Source of the DNA: an uncultured Cytophagales bacterium
GTDB lineage: Bacteria; Bacteroidota; Bacteroidia; Cytophagales; JAAEPT01
Length of the DNA: 64,000 nucleotides
Assembly (NCBI GenBank): GCA_963849955.1
Contig: CAWKJU010000022.1
Coordinates: 2,406 to 66,405 of the forward strand
Direction of reading: 5' to 3'
Below the pieces are notes generated by a model. That model made no database searches and was not told where the DNA came from. It saw nothing but the letters and a program-made list of their open reading frames with translations. Below, piece after piece: positions 59,365-64,000 of this stretch (within the stretch, counting starts at the first letter, position 1; each line of letters opens with the position of its first letter). Made by a program: the position numbers and the translations under genes.

Positions 59365-60864
59365 ATGAAGAGACTTACCAGCACAATCTTACTCGCTTTA
59401 ATTTCTATCACGTCTGTATTTGCAGAACAAGCCGTTAAAAAGAAAAACATGGTTACAGAGTTATTCGATGGCTTTGTGTATGGCTTTGTTGAACCAGTAG
59501 TGTTGGCCTACTTCGAAGTAGGAGGTGTTAAAATCCCTTTCATTATCCTTTGGCTTCTTTTAGGTGCATTAATTTTCACCATCTATTTTAAATTTATCAA
59601 TTTTAGATCGTTCATTTTGGCATTTCGCATCGTTAAAGGGACTTATAGTAGTGATGACGATGAAGGGGAAGTCACCCATTTCCAAGCCCTTACTGCAGCA
59701 TTATCTGGTACAGTAGGTTTGGGGAATATAGCTGGGGTGGCAGCAGCAATCTCTTTGGGAGGTCCAGGAGCTACTTTTTGGATGATTTTGACAGGTCTTT
59801 TGGGTATGTCTTCAAAATTTGTTGAATGCACTTTAGGTGTAAAATATAGAAAAATTGATGAAGACGGCACCGTTCATGGTGGGCCAATGTATTACCTCAG
59901 CAATGGCATAGCTGGTTTTAAACCGGGCATAGCTGGATTTGGGAAATTTCTAGCAGGAGCGTTTGCTGTTTTCTGTGTGTTTGGATCTTTTGGTGGTGGT
60001 AACATGTTCCAATCGAATCAGGCCTATAAGCAAATGGCTTCAATAGGTGTTTTTGAACACTCCACTACTGCGAGTTTTATCTTTGGATTACTTATGGCGG
60101 TTTTAGTTGGTGTGGTAATAATTGGAGGAATTAAAAGTATTGCCAAAGTAACCGACAAGATTGTACCTTTTATGGTAGTCATTTATGTAGCAGCAGCACT
60201 TTACATTCTTTTTGCCAAGTTTGATCAAATCCCTACAGCTTTCATGGCTATAATAGATGGTGCTTTTAATGCAGAAGCCGCATTTGGTGGTTTTATTGGG
60301 GTGATGATTGTGGGTATTCAACGTGCTGCCTTCTCAAATGAAGCTGGAATAGGGTCAGCATCCATTGCACACTCTGCTGTGAAAACTCGATTCCCAGCAA
60401 GTGAAGGAATTGTAGCCCTCTTAGAACCGTTTATCGATACCGTGGTAGTTTGTACGATGACAGCCGTAGTTCTTATTATCACAGGCTTTTATGATGCTGA
60501 AAGCAGCGTTGGTGGAATTGAAGTTACTTCTTCAGCTTTTGCTAGTGTAATTCCTGGAGCACAGTATATTATTATGGTAGCGGCTGTTTTGTTTGCATTC
60601 TCTACAATGATTTCGTGGTCATATTATGGATTACAGGCATGGGGATATTTATTTGGAGTATCAAAGCGTAATGAATTACTATACAAAGGTATCTTTTGCA
60701 TATTTGTAGTGGTAGGTGCTATGTCAAGTATGGGCGCAGTAATTACCTTTTCTGATTGTGCTATATTAGCGATGTGTTTCCCTAACATCATGGGGCTTTA
60801 TCTTTTACTTCCTATTGTAAAAGACGAGCTTCAGAAATTCTTAGCATACATTAAAGACAAATAA
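59365..60864 (+). CDS. Alanine/glycine:cation symporter (AGCS family)
   Basis: [63 protein letters not shown]. Confidence 0.95.
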   Translation: MKRLTSTILLALISITSVFAEQAVKKKNMVTELFDGFVYGFVEPVVLAYFEVGGVKIPFIILWLLLGALIFTIYFKFINFRSFILAFRIVKGTYSSDDDEGEVTHFQALTAALSGTVGLGNIAGVAAAISLGGPGATFWMILTGLLGMSSKFVECTLGVKYRKIDEDGTVHGGPMYYLSNGIAGFKPGIAGFGKFLAGAFAVFCVFGSFGGGNMFQSNQAYKQMASIGVFEHSTTASFIFGLLMAVLVGVVIIGGIKSIAKVTDKIVPFMVVIYVAAALYILFAKFDQIPTAFMAIIDGAFNAEAAFGGFIGVMIVGIQRAAFSNEAGIGSASIAHSAVKTRFPASEGIVALLEPFIDTVVVCTMTAVVLIITGFYDAESSVGGIEVTSSAFASVIPGAQYIIMVAAVLFAFSTMISWSYYGLQAWGYLFGVSKRNELLYKGIFCIFVVVGAMSSMGAVITFSDCAILAMCFPNIMGLYLLLPIVKDELQKFLAYIKDK

Positions 60865-60890
60865 ATTGACTACACATCCAGTGATTTTTT

Positions 60891-61784
60891 ATGTGGCAAA
60901 AGCTAATTAAAATTACTCGTGACTATTTTTATATTTCTCATAGAGAAGCTAGAGGAACATTAGTCTTGATCATTTTAATGCTGCTGATAATTTTCGGAAC
61001 TTTCTTCTACCGCAATATGGGTGATGAAAGTTCTTTTTTTTCATCGCTAACTATTACTAACCTTGATTCCTTAATCCAACAAGATCAACTTTCATCAACA
61101 CCCATTATATTACATGATTTTGATCCTAACACAGAAACAAATTTAGAGGCTTTAGGAGTGCCTAGCTATCTTGCTAAGCGCATCATCAACTATCGACAAG
61201 CAGGCGGTCAATTTAAGTTTAAAGAAGATTTGACAAAAATATATGGCTTCCCTGATTCGCTTTATCAAACTTTAGAAAAGTACATTAAACTTCCTGTAAG
61301 AAGTGCTCAAAAAGCAAATCAAAAAAAATATGTTTCATCAACTACAGAAAATCTTCACCCTCCTGATCTAAAACCTCGTCCATTAAACTTAACTTTTGAT
61401 CTATCAACTGTTGATAGTGTGGAACTTCAACGATTGCCTGGGATTGGAAAAGTTTTTGCTTCGCGAATTGTCAAATACAGAAATCGTTTGGGGGGATATT
61501 ATACGACAGACCAACTTTATGAAGTCTATGGTATACCTAAAGAAACCGTGGAAATATTGATTAAAAATACTTCTACTATTTCTGAAGATGTAGTCCAACT
61601 TGATTTAAACAAAGCTACTTTCAAAGAGTTATTAAAACACCCTTATTTAGAATATGAGTATGTTAAAAATATATTTAATTTTAAGCAAAAATTTGGTGGA
61701 TTCAATCAGGTAAAAGATTTACAAAAAAATCAATTAGTACCTGATAGTGTTTTTGTTAAAATTGCCCCATATCTTAAAATTTAG
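60891..61784 (+). CDS. ComEA-like helix-hairpin-helix domain protein with N-terminal TM anchor
   Basis: FDPN...IINYRQAGGQF...DLTKIYG; LQRLPGIGKVFASRIVKYRNRLGG; DLNKA...HPY. Confidence 0.88.
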   Translation: MWQKLIKITRDYFYISHREARGTLVLIILMLLIIFGTFFYRNMGDESSFFSSLTITNLDSLIQQDQLSSTPIILHDFDPNTETNLEALGVPSYLAKRIINYRQAGGQFKFKEDLTKIYGFPDSLYQTLEKYIKLPVRSAQKANQKKYVSSTTENLHPPDLKPRPLNLTFDLSTVDSVELQRLPGIGKVFASRIVKYRNRLGGYYTTDQLYEVYGIPKETVEILIKNTSTISEDVVQLDLNKATFKELLKHPYLEYEYVKNIFNFKQKFGGFNQVKDLQKNQLVPDSVFVKIAPYLKI

Positions 61785-61787
61785 CAC

Positions 61788-62741
61788 GTGTTATTAGAGG
61801 TAAAAAACATTAAAAAAACATTTCCTGAGAGAGATTCTCCAGCAGTAAATGGCGTTTCTTTGAGTGTAAAAGAAAATGAATTTGTCTCTATTTTAGGTGA
61901 AAGCGGATGTGGTAAATCTACGTTGTTAAAACTAATCAACGGCTATCAAGACTTGGATGAAGGACTAATAACCCTTGAAGGAGAACGAGTGAAAGGACCA
62001 AAAGATCTGCTTATTCTCGGCCATCCTTTGATTGAAAAAGTAGATCAAGATTATGACACTTTTCCTAATCACACTGTTCGTGAGACACTTGAATATAAAC
62101 TAAGAAGGTTCAACGACTCATATGTAAACAAGCGAATTAAATACCTTCTCAACTTATTTAAACTCACTGAAAGGGAAAACTCCATCCCACGACTGATGAG
62201 TGGTGGAGAGCAACAGCGAGTCGCTTTTGCTTCAGCGATAGCTAAAAGCCCCAAATTGCTTCTTATGGATGAGCCGTTGAGCCAATTGGACCCTGCCTTA
62301 AGAAGACGTTTAAAAAACGAAATCAAAACGATTGTCCAACAAGAAGGAATTTCTATCGTTTTTGTCACTCACGACACGCAAGATGCCCTTGCACTTTCAG
62401 ATCGAATCGTGGTCATGAAATCAGGAAAAATCGTACAAATTGGCACGCCTGATAAACTTTATTTCGAACCAAAATCTAAATATGTGGCTGAGTTTTTTGG
62501 TCCAGTAAGTGACTTAAGAACAGCAAGTGGTAATTCAGATTTACGTTTTGTTAGACCAGAAAAATTATCACTCTCGACAAAAAAATCGACAAATAGTTTT
62601 AAAGCCACCATCGTTAGAGTTGATTTCTGGGGTTTTCAGCATCTTGTAAAACTTACGAATGAAAACGGTGTTTTCTACGCTTATTCGGACAATAGAAGTC
62701 TTAATATTGATGATGAGGTTTATATTAGCTTAAAGAATTAA
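61788..62741 (+). CDS. ABC transporter ATP-binding protein (FbpC/PotA-like, TOBE-like tail)
   Basis: GESGCGKST, MSGGEQQR, LLMDEP, VTHD, VAEFFG, RPE. Confidence 0.92.
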   Translation: MLLEVKNIKKTFPERDSPAVNGVSLSVKENEFVSILGESGCGKSTLLKLINGYQDLDEGLITLEGERVKGPKDLLILGHPLIEKVDQDYDTFPNHTVRETLEYKLRRFNDSYVNKRIKYLLNLFKLTERENSIPRLMSGGEQQRVAFASAIAKSPKLLLMDEPLSQLDPALRRRLKNEIKTIVQQEGISIVFVTHDTQDALALSDRIVVMKSGKIVQIGTPDKLYFEPKSKYVAEFFGPVSDLRTASGNSDLRFVRPEKLSLSTKKSTNSFKATIVRVDFWGFQHLVKLTNENGVFYAYSDNRSLNIDDEVYISLKN

Positions 62742-63133
62742 AGTGCTAATAAATCTTTAATATTAAGAGGCTTCATCAAAAACTTATATAAACTGGCATT
62801 AGATCGTGCTTCGCGAATATCGTCCGTATTCATGGTAGCTGAAAGCATTACTACACGACAAGATTCTTTGATAAAATCATCCATTTTATCAAACTCTTCT
62901 AAAAACTGAATGCCATCCATTACAGGCATATCTAAATCGACAAAAATATAAGCAGGGAGTTTATTCTCTTTCTTAGTAGAAATGAGCGCTAAGTTCTTTA
63001 ACAAATCAAGTGCACTTTCAGCTGAATTGCTTTGATAAACTACACTTGCGAACTCCGCCTTTTTAATTTTGTCTGCATGTAAAATGTTGTCGACTTCTCT
63101 GTCGTCAACCAGCATAACTGCATTGTTTTTCAT
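62738..63133 (-). CDS. Single-domain response regulator
   Basis: LVDD, FVDLDMPVMDG, MLS, KPL receiver motifs; no output domain; start taken at ATG 63133. Confidence 0.9.
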   Translation of the reverse strand: MKNNAVMLVDDREVDNILHADKIKKAEFASVVYQSNSAESALDLLKNLALISTKKENKLPAYIFVDLDMPVMDGIQFLEEFDKMDDFIKESCRVVMLSATMNTDDIREARSNASLYKFLMKPLNIKDLLAL

Positions 63134-63169
63134 AGCCAAAAATAGTTTTGTTTATTTACTTCCCTAAAC

Positions 63170-64000
63170 TTAAATATTAAAATTGATACCTTGAGCAAGA
63201 GGCAAGGTTTTTCCATAATTAATTGTGTTGGTCTGTCTTCTCATATAGGCTTTCCAGGCATCTGAACCTGACTCTCTACCTCCACCTGTTTCCTTTTCAC
63301 CACCGAAAGCTCCACCAATTTCCGCGCCTGACGTTCCAATGTTCACGTTTGCAATACCACAATCACTTCCCAATGCAGATAAATAAAGCTCTGCTTCCTG
63401 CATGTCCTGTGTAAATATGGCAGACGAAAGACCTTGTTTCACATCGTTTTGAATAGCGATTGCATCTTCTACCTCACCAGTGTAATTAATGAGATATAAT
63501 ATAGGTGCAAAAGTTTCTTTTTGAACCGTTGCATACTCATTATTTGCTTCAATGATAGCAGGCGTTACATAAGTACCTGACTTATATTCTTCTCCTGATA
63601 ACACCTCACCACCAACTAACAACCTACCACCTTCATTCATTACGTTTTCTATGGCTTGTAGGTAATTCACAACCGCATCTTTATCGATAAGTGGACCAAC
63701 AATGTTATGTGGCTCTAGTGGGTTTCCTATGACTAAGTTACTATATGCTGCTACTAACCGATCTTTTACTTCATTGTAAATTGACGAATGGACAATCAAT
63801 CGTCTGGTAGTGGTACAACGTTGACCACAAGTTCCTACCGATCCAAATAAAACTGCTCGTATCGCTAAGTCTAAGTTGGCTTTTTCTGAAATTATGACTG
63901 CGTTATTTCCACCTAATTCTAAAATAGATTTCCCTAATCGTTTGGATACTGCTTCCGAAACTATTTTTCCCATTCTGGTTGAACCAGTAGCTGATACTAA
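63170..64000 (-). CDS. Aldehyde dehydrogenase (ALDH7/antiquitin-like), C-terminal part; 5' end is outside the window
   Basis: [23 protein letters not shown] catalytic Cys, [28 protein letters not shown]. Confidence 0.94.
   Translation of the reverse strand, partial: LVSATGSTRMGKIVSEAVSKRLGKSILELGGNNAVIISEKANLDLAIRAVLFGSVGTCGQRCTTTRRLIVHSSIYNEVKDRLVAAYSNLVIGNPLEPHNIVGPLIDKDAVVNYLQAIENVMNEGGRLLVGGEVLSGEEYKSGTYVTPAIIEANNEYATVQKETFAPILYLINYTGEVEDAIAIQNDVKQGLSSAIFTQDMQEAELYLSALGSDCGIANVNIGTSGAEIGGAFGGEKETGGGRESGSDAWKAYMRRQTNTINYGKTLPLAQGINFNI

Overview
AT-rich bacterial chromosomal segment whose gene content (T9SS type A and type B cargo proteins, PorP/SprF, two DUF6089/PorG-like proteins, the uppS-bamA-skp-skp cluster, TAnnTTTG promoters) points to Bacteroidota, probably Cytophagales-like. 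Most of it is housekeeping: recJ, rmuC, fumC, radA, dsbD, plsY, prmA, tpiA, uvrA, rpiB, tatC, glyA, metK, pdxJ, nadK, uppS, bamA, holB, hemC. I saw no rRNA, tRNA, CRISPR array, integrase or transposase. The most interesting part is a ~7.5 kb accessory block between glyA and metK (34543-42025, minus strand). It holds a 1496-aa T9SS-secreted gluzincin-type metallopeptidase-like protein, preceded by a tandem array of four paralogous lipoprotein genes and a remnant of a fifth. Each copy has its own near-identical promoter/leader. One copy is switched off by a -1 frameshift in a G8 tract, and another carries an in-frame G8 tract. This looks like an expanding/contracting, possibly phase-variable, protease plus inhibitor/partner system (inference). 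Other notable items: a circularly permuted Ig-repeat insertion inside a T9SS type B protein, a 1721-aa beta-repeat protein next to plsY, several GTCA-tagged REP-like palindromes and a degenerate heptamer-repeat tract. All family assignments are from motif recognition by eye; no searches were run.
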